From NCBI GenBank assembly GCA_964596615.1, contig CAZQUN010000001.1, positions 66,786 to 130,785 of the forward strand: 64,000 bases of DNA, given 5' to 3'. The stretch's first letter is position 1. The number at the start of each line of letters is the position of its first letter. Below, in pieces: positions 40,908 to 49,320 of the stretch. This DNA comes from an uncultured Candidatus Saccharibacteria bacterium. Lineage in GTDB: Bacteria > Patescibacteriota > Minisyncoccia > Portnoybacterales > UBA2143. The notes below the pieces were generated by a model. It searched no databases and was not told the origin of the DNA. It worked only from the letters and a program-made list of their open reading frames with translations. The translations under genes were made by a program, and so were the position numbers.

Positions 40908-43900
40908 TTAGCCAGACCAACCAATAACATATGGTGTGGTTGAAACAGCATTCTCTAAGCCTGGTACTAAGTGACCGTTATACCACATTGGTAGAGTGGT
41001 AGCGTTGTTAGCGCCAGTTCCTGAAATGCTCGCGCCCTTGTAGTTGTCAGACCATAGGAAGTTACCTAGGTTAGCTGACAGATTCTGGCCGGTTGGGGCC
41101 GTGAATCCTGAGGCGTTGGTAGCATTAGCGAAGTTATGGGTATTAACCTCGTTTGAAGTAGAAACTGTGTCACCAACTAGGAAGGTACTTAGGTTTTCAC
41201 CAGTACCTGCTCCTGAAACAGTACCGCAGACCTTATAAAGTTTGCTTTCGCCAGCCGGAATCTTAATAGCTTCCGTGCTGTCATCAACACTAATGTCTGG
41301 GTTGTCAAAGGTCGCTGTATACCAAGATTCCATATTGCCATCATAGTTGTTGATAGCAGCCGCTGATTTAATCGTATTGCCATCCTGGTCTTTGACATAG
41401 ACATTGGATAATGTCATGCCAGATCCAGAGGTAGCAAAGACGAAAGTAGTTCGATAGAGAAGAACTTCTCCACCGGAAGCATCGGCTGTAACCTTATAGG
41501 CATACATACAAACCGTACCGTTGGTCAGTTCGTCTGCCAAACCGATAGAGTCTGCATCGGTTGAACTAAGTGATCCGGCCTTAGTAACGGTCGGCTTGCT
41601 GGACCTCATAATCATGGCTGAACTGGTTGAATCACGATAAACCTCATAGGTACTAGTGGTAAGTTTGGTATTAGAGGACATACCTGTCGTCTGAATACCA
41701 TTGATACCGCCGATACCAAGCTTTAAGTCAGCTGAGTTAGTACCCGGCGAATTATCGGTGTCTGGGTCAATCGTGCTCATATCGGCTTTGATTGCCAAGG
41801 TCTTATCGCCACCCTTTGGAACGGTCAAGTCGCCAGCGTCAAAGTTGAAGGTGTACTTAGCGGTTGACGGAATAGCCGCTTCGCCTAACTTGGTTGTGCC
41901 ATCATAGACAGCAACATTAGTAAAGTCGCGGTATTCACCACTACCAGCGCTGAAGCCATAACTACCATCAGCTACATAGATTGTCAACTTGTCTAGCCTC
42001 AAATCTTCATACTTGGATGACAGTTTAACGTTGGTAAAGACATTTCCAGTTGAGCCGGCCAAAACAATCGCTGAAGAAGGATTGCTCTCGGTCTCAATTG
42101 TCAATTCTCCATTAGCTCTGGACGTCAAAGTTGGACCATCATCAGAGGTTAAGCTTTCGGTAACTGAGTTACCGGTGTTAACACCATAAGCGGTGATAGA
42201 GTCGCCCCGGAGACCCCAGTTTTCTGTATCATCAGAAACAACTGTGTCTTTATCACCGTGCAACTCAATTGTCATAACCGTACCCTTTTCAATGATGATT
42301 GGCTCTTCCAAAGCGAACGTTGAGGAAGCTGCTGCAGCATCAGAAGAATCAGAAATAGCGTCATTGACTGGAGATTGCGCCACATCATCAGCGTAAACAG
42401 TTAGCGCGTTGGTGTTGGTTGCAGCGAAACCGCTAGCCTTGGCGGTGAAGCCAATAGATGTAATTCTGATGTCTTCTCCTGAGTCAGTCGCATCAAAACG
42501 CCAGCTGGAAAGATTAACATCCTTCTGGTCAATAATGATGTTTGTGTCAGCAGGAAGAGTATTCCTGGTAACTGTCAATGAAGCTGCTTTAACTGTCTGA
42601 GTGTTGCCGCTAATAGATGAGGATGGGGTCGGCGTGATAGAATTGCCGGTTGTAACCCCTTGAGCAGTCATAGCTGAAGGAGTAAAACTGACAACAATAG
42701 TATCATCACTTGCCCAACCACCATTGGTAGCTAGGTCGCCTCGAACCTTGTAAATAGTGTTGCCAACCGGGACGGTAAAGGTATCTGTCCAGGCAACAGT
42801 CAAGACATTGTTAGTAATGTCTGTCGGACCAGCAACAACTGTTCCGTCAGGATCAACTAATTCCAAACCAGTCAAAGCGTCTTCAATCTGACCAGTACCT
42901 CCGCCGGAGGCAACAGTCAAAGTTAGAGCGGAAATATCAATCTCTTCACCCTTAACTTCGAAGTTAAAGGCGCCTAAGATTTGATCATTGGCAACGCCAA
43001 TGTTCTCTGAGCCAACTGAATTACTTCTGGTAACCTGCAAGGTACCATTAGAAATTGTGAATTGGTTATCGCTCAAGACTGGATTGCCACTGCTTGAACC
43101 AGTGCTGCTGTAGGTTGGAGTAATGTTATAACCATAGGTAACACCTTCAACCAATAGGTCGGTTGTTCGGTAAATACCCAGGTCAATGGTTCGAGCTGAA
43201 CCATCTTCAATATCGGCTCTGACTTGATACTGGAGGGTTTGTCCCTTATCAAGAGTAATCGGGTCGAAACTGAAGTTAACGTACTTGCTGCTGGCTACAA
43301 CGCCGTCAGCAACTTTTACTCCATCTTGAAGTAATTCCATGTTAATAACATCAGTTCCTAGAGTAGCGCTACCTTCCTGATAAACCTTAATCTGGCTGAA
43401 TTTAACTTTTTCAGCTGAACCAGCCTGAATCTGGAAGGAAAAGAAGGTGTAATCTTCTTTACCAACCTGAATGCTGGTTGAGGTCGCATTGGTGTAAGCG
43501 CCTCTTTGAACAGTAGCTGTACCAATAGCAATGGTGCTGTTCAAAGTCATTCGGTTACCAGTTAATGGCAAGCTGGCATTTACACTAGCGTCATCTTTAA
43601 CTGTAACAGCAGCTAGAGATAATGACGGTGTTTCACCGTTGTATGAATCTAGGCTGGCAGGCATGTTAGCCGCAATAATAATCGGCTTGGTTGTTCCATC
43701 CTCAACAGTAAAGTCGTTGTTAAAGGTTGACTTATGAAGTGAGTTTAGAGTTTTACTGTTGGTATTGATTGGCAAACCTGTGTCGCCATCAATAAGATCT
43801 AATGAGGAGAAACCGCCATCCTGACCAACGCCAGTTCTTTCAACTACTACCTGGTCAACGATAACATCGCCGCCTGAAGCAGTGAAGTTGAGTTTTGTGA

Positions 43901-44531
43901 AGTAATATCTGGCTGCGTTCTCAACAACGATAGCCGATGCTGGAGTGTCAGCCGCCAAAGAAACTGAAAGAGTTCCTTCGCTGGTAGTAGTGCCTGCTGG
44001 CGGGAAAGTTGCATTCGGATCAGTGACATTAGCACCAGACGTATACCCAGCTGAATCGGTGCTGTTAATGGTGTAAATTGAATCAGCGTCAAAGACCGCC
44101 GTGAACTCACTTGAGGTCATATTGAGCCAATACTTATCACCGGTATCAGTGCCATCGGCAGCATGGAGTCGGTAGACATTGTCAGCTCCATCAACTCTGA
44201 CTAGGTCAGAGGTAGAAAACTCGTCCATGGTTGACTGGTCAACATCCATAACATCATCCCAGTTATCACCATTGCCGTTCTTGTCAAAGTGTGCATAGCT
44301 CTCAAAAACATGAGGGCTAAGAACTAATCTTTTGTACTTCTCGCTGCCAACAACTTTAACAATATAGATGTCGAGTTGAGCTAATCCTGCAGCGCTTGGG
44401 TTGCGGATTAAATCACCATCAACAACATCGACTGCTAAAGCCGCTACTGGAGCAAGCATTGCTACTCCTGAAAGCGATAGAGTTGTAGCGATAGAAGTCA
44501 AAACTGTAATTGACTTTTTCATTTTATTCAT
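40908..44531 (-). CDS. Large S-layer-like surface protein (1207 aa)
   Basis: Signal peptide; Thr/Ser/Gly/Asp-rich tandem beta domains (GTLSVSLAADTPAS); strong terminator; long leader. Confidence 0.75.
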   Translation of the reverse strand: MNKMKKSITVLTSIATTLSLSGVAMLAPVAALAVDVVDGDLIRNPSAAGLAQLDIYIVKVVGSEKYKRLVLSPHVFESYAHFDKNGNGDNWDDVMDVDQSTMDEFSTSDLVRVDGADNVYRLHAADGTDTGDKYWLNMTSSEFTAVFDADSIYTINSTDSAGYTSGANVTDPNATFPPAGTTTSEGTLSVSLAADTPASAIVVENAARYYFTKLNFTASGGDVIVDQVVVERTGVGQDGGFSSLDLIDGDTGLPINTNSKTLNSLHKSTFNNDFTVEDGTTKPIIIAANMPASLDSYNGETPSLSLAAVTVKDDASVNASLPLTGNRMTLNSTIAIGTATVQRGAYTNATSTSIQVGKEDYTFFSFQIQAGSAEKVKFSQIKVYQEGSATLGTDVINMELLQDGVKVADGVVASSKYVNFSFDPITLDKGQTLQYQVRADIEDGSARTIDLGIYRTTDLLVEGVTYGYNITPTYSSTGSSSGNPVLSDNQFTISNGTLQVTRSNSVGSENIGVANDQILGAFNFEVKGEEIDISALTLTVASGGGTGQIEDALTGLELVDPDGTVVAGPTDITNNVLTVAWTDTFTVPVGNTIYKVRGDLATNGGWASDDTIVVSFTPSAMTAQGVTTGNSITPTPSSSISGNTQTVKAASLTVTRNTLPADTNIIIDQKDVNLSSWRFDATDSGEDIRITSIGFTAKASGFAATNTNALTVYADDVAQSPVNDAISDSSDAAAASSTFALEEPIIIEKGTVMTIELHGDKDTVVSDDTENWGLRGDSITAYGVNTGNSVTESLTSDDGPTLTSRANGELTIETESNPSSAIVLAGSTGNVFTNVKLSSKYEDLRLDKLTIYVADGSYGFSAGSGEYRDFTNVAVYDGTTKLGEAAIPSTAKYTFNFDAGDLTVPKGGDKTLAIKADMSTIDPDTDNSPGTNSADLKLGIGGINGIQTTGMSSNTKLTTSTYEVYRDSTSSAMIMRSSKPTVTKAGSLSSTDADSIGLADELTNGTVCMYAYKVTADASGGEVLLYRTTFVFATSGSGMTLSNVYVKDQDGNTIKSAAAINNYDGNMESWYTATFDNPDISVDDSTEAIKIPAGESKLYKVCGTVSGAGTGENLSTFLVGDTVSTSNEVNTHNFANATNASGFTAPTGQNLSANLGNFLWSDNYKGASISGTGANNATTLPMWYNGHLVPGLENAVSTTPYVIGWSG

Positions 44532-44793
44532 TTTGTTTCAATCTCTGAGATTGGCTAATTCATATGATATTAAACAATCTCATTCGACTTTTTTATCCCG
44601 TTTTACAGGGATTTCTTCAATCATATCGACCATTTATATTTACGATTGAATCTCTATTTATATCTCAAACCAGTCCAAAAGTCAAGGTTTTTTCACTATT
44701 TACGCGAAAACACGACCAATCCCTGACTTAGGCTTGGACTTCTTCAAATTATACAATAAATAAACTATTTTAAAACAACTTCTTTGTGGATAA

Positions 44794-45546
44794 CTATTTC
44801 TCAATAATATCGTCTGTTGAAGTCACGGTTTCAAGGAAAATTAGGATTTCCTCGTCAATTATTCCGGTTGTAGTAGCATTATGATTGTTTTCTTCTCCAT
44901 TATCAATTAAAACCGCCAAAATATCCTGGCTAATTTCTTTAATCGTTTTTTCTGCTTCATCAATATCACCCTTAACCTCAATTGGCATTCCTTCCTTGGT
45001 TTTATCCAGGTTTTCCTTTAATCTTTTGGTCTTTTTAGCGACAACAACAGCCTCTTCTTTAGAAGAAATTCCTTTAACATGCTGGCTGAATCCAGCTAAA
45101 TTATCCTTAAAATTAGTCATGACCTGCTTGGTTTTTTCTGTTTTTTCTTCCGGACTAAAGGAATCCCCCGTTATTTTCGCCAATTCCTCTAATCGGCGGC
45201 TGGCAAATTTGACTTCCAGTTGAGTTTTGCTTTCCTGAGAAGCAACTGTTTTCTGAATATCTTCTCCTGCTCTTTTGACCGCATAAAGAAATTCTCCTGG
45301 CAAACTTGGCTCTGAGGCCTTTAATGTCAGCCATGGTCCAAGAACCAGAATCAAGGTCAAAGAGACAGCCAAAGCCATTGGCTGTAATCTCATAAACCAG
45401 CCGAAATCAAGGCTATTCCTTCCTTCTCTAACCATTTCAAAATCAATCTGAGCAGATAAATTACGGCGCAATAAGGCCAGCCAATGGCGAGACGGCTGGA
45501 TTTTATCCAATTTCTTTATTCTTTTGATTAAATCTTGTTCAGTCAT
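44794..45546 (-). CDS. DUF5667-domain membrane protein, probable anti-sigma partner
   Basis: TM followed by SLPGEFLYAVKRAGE...FASRRLEE; directly downstream of the ECF sigma gene. Confidence 0.75.
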   Translation of the reverse strand: MTEQDLIKRIKKLDKIQPSRHWLALLRRNLSAQIDFEMVREGRNSLDFGWFMRLQPMALAVSLTLILVLGPWLTLKASEPSLPGEFLYAVKRAGEDIQKTVASQESKTQLEVKFASRRLEELAKITGDSFSPEEKTEKTKQVMTNFKDNLAGFSQHVKGISSKEEAVVVAKKTKRLKENLDKTKEGMPIEVKGDIDEAEKTIKEISQDILAVLIDNGEENNHNATTTGIIDEEILIFLETVTSTDDIIEK

Positions 45547-45590
45547 GTATTACTATATTAAGACGATTAAAAACCCTTTTTGTTACAGGT

Positions 45591-46094
45591 TTAAAGCTTC
45601 TTTTTTAGAGCATTCATTGCCCGATGGACAAGAACCCGGGTTGCTCCCTCTGATTTACCTAAAATCTGGCTAATTTCCTTGGTTGAAAGTTCGTCTAAAT
45701 ACCGCCAGACAATCACATTCTGATGCTCATCTTTTAGTTGAGAAAGCGCCTTTTTAACCCCTTCCATATCCGAGTCTACCTTAATTTTAGCGCCTAGATC
45801 GCTTTTATCTTTAATTCCAGCTAAAACATTCTCGCTCGGGTTTAAAATTATTTCTTTCCTGGATTTCTTCCGATAGAGATCAATAACCAGATTATGGGCT
45901 ATCCGATAAAGTAAAGCCCGCGGATTATCTATCTTTTTCTTTTGGCGGTTGTTTTTAACATTTTGCCAGAACTTAAAAAAGGTTTCTGAAGTCAAATCTT
46001 CAGAATCTTCTGGCGAACTCACCTTTAGGAAAATGAAGCGATAAATTCGCGGAGCGTAGTTATCGTATAGTTTTACAAATTGTCTTTTTCTCAT
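45591..46094 (-). CDS. ECF RNA polymerase sigma factor
   Basis: EDLTSETFFKFW, LYRIAHNLVIDLYRK, EISQILGKSEGATRVLVHRA. Confidence 0.93.
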   Translation of the reverse strand: MRKRQFVKLYDNYAPRIYRFIFLKVSSPEDSEDLTSETFFKFWQNVKNNRQKKKIDNPRALLYRIAHNLVIDLYRKKSRKEIILNPSENVLAGIKDKSDLGAKIKVDSDMEGVKKALSQLKDEHQNVIVWRYLDELSTKEISQILGKSEGATRVLVHRAMNALKKKL

Positions 46095-46120
46095 TTTAGC
46101 AGGTTATCCACAAAAACAAG

Positions 46121-46213
46121 TAATAAGGAATTAATAAGGAATCTTCAGGATTAATAAGGAACTAATAGGGAATTAATAAGGAATTTTATTGTTCCTTATT
46201 AAGTTCCTTATTA
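46121..46213. repeat. Array of the 10-mer TAATAAGGAA (5 direct, 2 inverted)
   Basis: Direct copies at 46121, 46132, 46152, 46163 (one mismatch) and 46174; inverted copies at 46192 and 46204. Confidence 0.85.
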
Positions 46214-46722
46214 TTTCGATAAAAACTACTCCTTCCCCGGCCTTGCTGGATTAATAATTTCCTTTTAACCATTTTATTCAAATCTTTACGGATTGTTCTG
46301 GGATTAACCTTGGGAAGTAAAACTAATAATTCTTTTAATTGAACCTCTCTAACTTCTTTAATATATTTAAGAATCTTCTTTTGTCTTTCGCTTAGATTCT
46401 CAATTCTCTCTTTTTTTAAAAGATTTGTTTGTTCTTTCTTGTTTCCCCGTCTTATCTCTCTTAATAACTCATTATATCCCCTTATTAGTATATCAAAATT
46501 AACGTTTCTTATCCAATTCTGGTCCCGGGCAATTTGAAGATAACTTAAAATGATTTCTATTTTTTTACCGGCCTTTGCCCTTTGGTTTAAAGCTAAATCG
46601 GATAATATCTCATTGGCTATCCCTCTCATCTGGGAAATTAAAATCTCACCCCCGGGGAAAAGCTTGGTCACACGGTATACTGCCAAGCCTAATCTGAGTG
46701 CTTTTTCCTTCAAATCTTCCAT
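46186..46722 (-). CDS. Four-helix-bundle (IVP-like) protein with a C-terminal DeoR-type winged helix
   Basis: LAVYRVTKLFPGGE.L..QMR; LSERQKKILKYI...RTIRKDLNKM...GRGRSSFY. Confidence 0.75.
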   Translation of the reverse strand: MEDLKEKALRLGLAVYRVTKLFPGGEILISQMRGIANEILSDLALNQRAKAGKKIEIILSYLQIARDQNWIRNVNFDILIRGYNELLREIRRGNKKEQTNLLKKERIENLSERQKKILKYIKEVREVQLKELLVLLPKVNPRTIRKDLNKMVKRKLLIQQGRGRSSFYRNNKELNKEQ

Positions 46723-46767
46723 GTATTAAAGAGTATATGATATTTAACAATTCAAGGCAACATAAAA

Positions 46768-46795
46768 GCGACTAAGAATTACTTTCCCTAGTCGC
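46768..46795 (-). terminator. Terminator after the tRNA pair
   Basis: GCGACTA...TAGTCGC stem followed by TTTTAT on the - strand. Confidence 0.6.
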
Positions 46796-46808
46796 CATAT
46801 TTTTTGGG

Positions 46809-46898
46809 TGGTGGCGATGACGGGGCTCGAACCCGTGACAGTACGGCTACAGCCCACAGGTTATGAACCTGCCGCTCTATCCTCTGAGCTACATCGCC
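46809..46898 (-). tRNA. tRNA-Met(CAT), atypical: 90 nt with a 19-nt variable region
   Basis: GGCGATG TA GCTC AGAGGATA GAGC G GCAGG TTCATAA CCTGT GGGCTGTAGCCGTACTGTC ACGGG TTCGAGC CCCGT CATCGCC A CCA. Confidence 0.85.
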
Positions 46899-46911
46899 AC
46901 ACTTTTTGGGT

Positions 46912-46987
46912 TGGAGCGGGAGGCGGGAATCGAACCCACGACCCGCTGATTAAGACTCAGACGCTCTTCCAACTGAGCTACTTCCGC
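46912..46987 (-). tRNA. tRNA with a CTT (Lys) anticodon and Gly-like acceptor/discriminator; atypical or pseudo
   Basis: GCGGAAG TA GCTC AGTTGGAA GAGC G TCTGA GTCTTAA TCAGC GGGTC GTGGG TTCGATT CCCGC CTCCCGC T CCA. Confidence 0.8.
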
Positions 46988-47012
46988 CCAAAACCACTTA
47001 GGAACTAAAAAG

Positions 47013-47041
47013 AATTTATCATAAATATTTTTCCAAGTCAA
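47013..47041 (-). promoter_or_regulatory. Sigma70 promoter for the tRNA pair
   Basis: TTGACT-N17-TAAATT with an extended TG. Confidence 0.6.
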
Positions 47042-47529
47042 ACCTCAACCAACTCCGGACTCGCCCGGACTTTTCTAATGGGCTGGGAAATAAACTTTAT
47101 TTCAGCGGTAGCAATAGTATCTTTTCCCCTCAAAACAATTGCTCGACCTTCGGCCCAAGTATATCTCCCTAAATCTTTACTCGACATATTTTTTGTCCTC
47201 CTAAGCCGAGCCTTAACCACGACACTTTCGCCAATCAGTAAGAGGTTTTCAAAATCTATGATTGACTTCATCTCTACTCTACGAGTCATGCCCGCAATTC
47301 CATTCCTAGCAGCCAAATTACTCACCGCTCCGTCAATTAGACCGAAAATAATCGCTCCATGACAGATTCCAGGCCAACTAACATGGAAAGCATTAGGGGT
47401 AAACTCTGCTTCGCATCTGTTTTTGCCAGTATTTTCAAATTCCAGACCAAGCCCCCATGGATTTGAAGACCCGCAGACAAAACACCTGGGAGAATGTCCT
47501 TCTACTCCTGGCTTGCCATCCATAACCAA
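47038..47529 (-). CDS. PaaI/hotdog-fold thioesterase
   Basis: CFVCGSSNPWGLGL, WPGICHGAIIFGLID. Confidence 0.8.
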   Translation of the reverse strand: MVMDGKPGVEGHSPRCFVCGSSNPWGLGLEFENTGKNRCEAEFTPNAFHVSWPGICHGAIIFGLIDGAVSNLAARNGIAGMTRRVEMKSIIDFENLLLIGESVVVKARLRRTKNMSSKDLGRYTWAEGRAIVLRGKDTIATAEIKFISQPIRKVRASPELVEV

Positions 47530-47542
47530 TCCCTCTTTATTC

Positions 47543-48142
47543 CTATTTCAAAGAATATCCAGGGATTTTAATTTCCCCGGTTGTGATTTTTTGCAATGTT
47601 TTTGGGAATAAAATATGCTCTTGTTTTAAAACCCGGGCTGCCAAACTTTCTGGTGTATCATTTTTTTCAACCGGAACCCGAACTTGGGCAATAACCGGTC
47701 CGGTATCGTAGTCAGCATCAACAATATGAATTGAAACGCCAGTTTCCCTTTCTCCGGCTTTAAGAACCGCCTGATGAACCCTAATTCCATACATTCCGTC
47801 TCCGCCAAACTTGGGTAAAAGCGCTGGGTGAATATTTAAAATTGCCCCGTTATAGCGAGACAATATTTCCGGTCCGATTTTCTTCATATATCCAGCTAAA
47901 ACCACAATATCAACAGAATGTTTATTCAAGGCATCAATAATGGCCTGATCAAGATTTTGATGAGTCTTATTACTTAAATGAAAATAGGGGATATTTTCTT
48001 TTTTTGCTCTTTTAATTGCCCCTGAATCGCTGTTGTTACTAATGACAACAACCGGCTTTGCTTTCAAAGCCTCTGATTTGCAGGCATCAATAATCGCCTG
48101 CATATTACTTCCATTACCTGATGCTAAAAACCCAATTCTCAT
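47543..48142 (-). CDS. purN: Phosphoribosylglycinamide formyltransferase
   Basis: ASGNGSNMQAII, LAGYMK, NIHPALLPKFGG, HIVDADYDTGP. Confidence 0.93.
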   Translation of the reverse strand: MRIGFLASGNGSNMQAIIDACKSEALKAKPVVVISNNSDSGAIKRAKKENIPYFHLSNKTHQNLDQAIIDALNKHSVDIVVLAGYMKKIGPEILSRYNGAILNIHPALLPKFGGDGMYGIRVHQAVLKAGERETGVSIHIVDADYDTGPVIAQVRVPVEKNDTPESLAARVLKQEHILFPKTLQKITTGEIKIPGYSLK

Positions 48143-48189
48143 CGTTATATCCAGAATACCTTTTCACTATCAAAAGTCAATCTTTTGAC

Positions 48190-48218
48190 TTGACAAAACC
48201 AAATAATTTTGGTAGACT
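48190..48218 (+). promoter_or_regulatory. Sigma70 promoter
   Basis: TTGACA-N17-TAGACT with an extended TG. Confidence 0.7.
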
Positions 48219-48281
48219 GAATTAATTGAATTAAAAGAAAAACAAGTTCTCTTTAAATAAATTTCCGAAAAGGAGAGAGAA

Positions 48282-48629
48282 ATGAGAAAAGTAGTAATAG
48301 TTCTTTTTTTAGTCGCTGTTATGATTTTTATGACGGCGATAGGGGCGACGGCTCGCCCTGGTCACGGTCAGGCTCGCGGTCACGGTCCACGATGGCATGG
48401 ACACGGGCATGGTCCACGGTGGCCCCTTGTACCATTTGTGCCATGTCTTGTTTCGTGGCCCCATCGTGATTCACCTCCCCGTGACTATTCCGTACGGTAC
48501 GACCCAGCAGTGCCTGCCCGCGGCTGCTGGATCTGGGTTGAGAGTTACCGGATTCCAGGACATTGGAATCGTCACGGTCATTGGGTCAACGAGCTCCGAG
48601 TGGGGGAATGGAAAAGGTGTCCCCCATAA
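48282..48629 (+). CDS. Small secreted His/Gly/Arg/Trp-rich protein (YXWGXW-repeat-like)
   Basis: AAGGAG RBS; signal peptide ending ATA; GHGPRW repeats; WIWV...PGHW...HWV...GEW. Confidence 0.75.
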   Translation: MRKVVIVLFLVAVMIFMTAIGATARPGHGQARGHGPRWHGHGHGPRWPLVPFVPCLVSWPHRDSPPRDYSVRYDPAVPARGCWIWVESYRIPGHWNRHGHWVNELRVGEWKRCPP

Positions 48630-48644
48630 AAATAAACCCTTTCC

Positions 48645-48682
48645 GGCCAGCTCTATAAATGTATAGATCTGGCCATTTTTTA
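48645..48682. terminator. Terminator between convergent genes
   Basis: GGCCAG-CTCTATA...TATAG-ATCTGGCC followed by a T tract. Confidence 0.6.
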
Positions 48683-48701
48683 TTATGGCTCGTATTTGAC
48701 A

Positions 48702-49319
48702 TTATCCATTAATATCATTTAGAGCAATTTCGGCAACCTCCTCAGAGACTCCAAATATCTTTGACATTAAGACTGCTAGGTAGGAATCTAATGTCTTTTT
48801 GTCTATTTCCTCTAGTTTCTTGGATAAAGCAAGCTTATCTTTCTCTTTTAGTATTTTGTTTTTTCTAGACGCCAATATATCTCTTGGCACTAGCAAATAG
48901 TTAGCAAATTTATTTGCTTGTGTTTCCAAATAACTATACTGTTTTTCTGGAATTTCTCGGTAAAGCCTGTAAAAATCGATTGGATTTCTAATGTTAAGAC
49001 CCTTATAGAATTCTTTATGCAAAACAAAATGGCCCACTTCATGAGCCAGTGAAAATCTCAAACGATTCTGAAAACGATCGCTTAAAAACCTGCCTTTATC
49101 GACGTAGATGGATTTCCAGTTTGAAGTGATAAGAGCGTCAACATCAAAACTTTTCTGCAGTCCTGACTTGGGAATAAGGTCTATTTCTAGCTTTATATCA
49201 ATAATACTTTCTATATCAACTGGCACAGACCCATCCCAGAATTTTTCCCTAAATAAATCTGCTTTCTTTTTTACGACTAAATTATCTAAAAAGGGAACTA
49301 CTATCTTTCTGTAATCCAT
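48702..49319 (-). CDS. ImmA/IrrE-family metallo-endopeptidase
   Basis: RFSLAHEVGHFVLH (HExxH), ETQANKFANYLLVP. Confidence 0.92.
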   Translation of the reverse strand: MDYRKIVVPFLDNLVVKKKADLFREKFWDGSVPVDIESIIDIKLEIDLIPKSGLQKSFDVDALITSNWKSIYVDKGRFLSDRFQNRLRFSLAHEVGHFVLHKEFYKGLNIRNPIDFYRLYREIPEKQYSYLETQANKFANYLLVPRDILASRKNKILKEKDKLALSKKLEEIDKKTLDSYLAVLMSKIFGVSEEVAEIALNDING

Positions 49320-49320
49320 T

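Noticed and set aside
46808-47008. 66-aa + strand ORF
   Set aside because: It is the antisense reading of the two tRNA genes.
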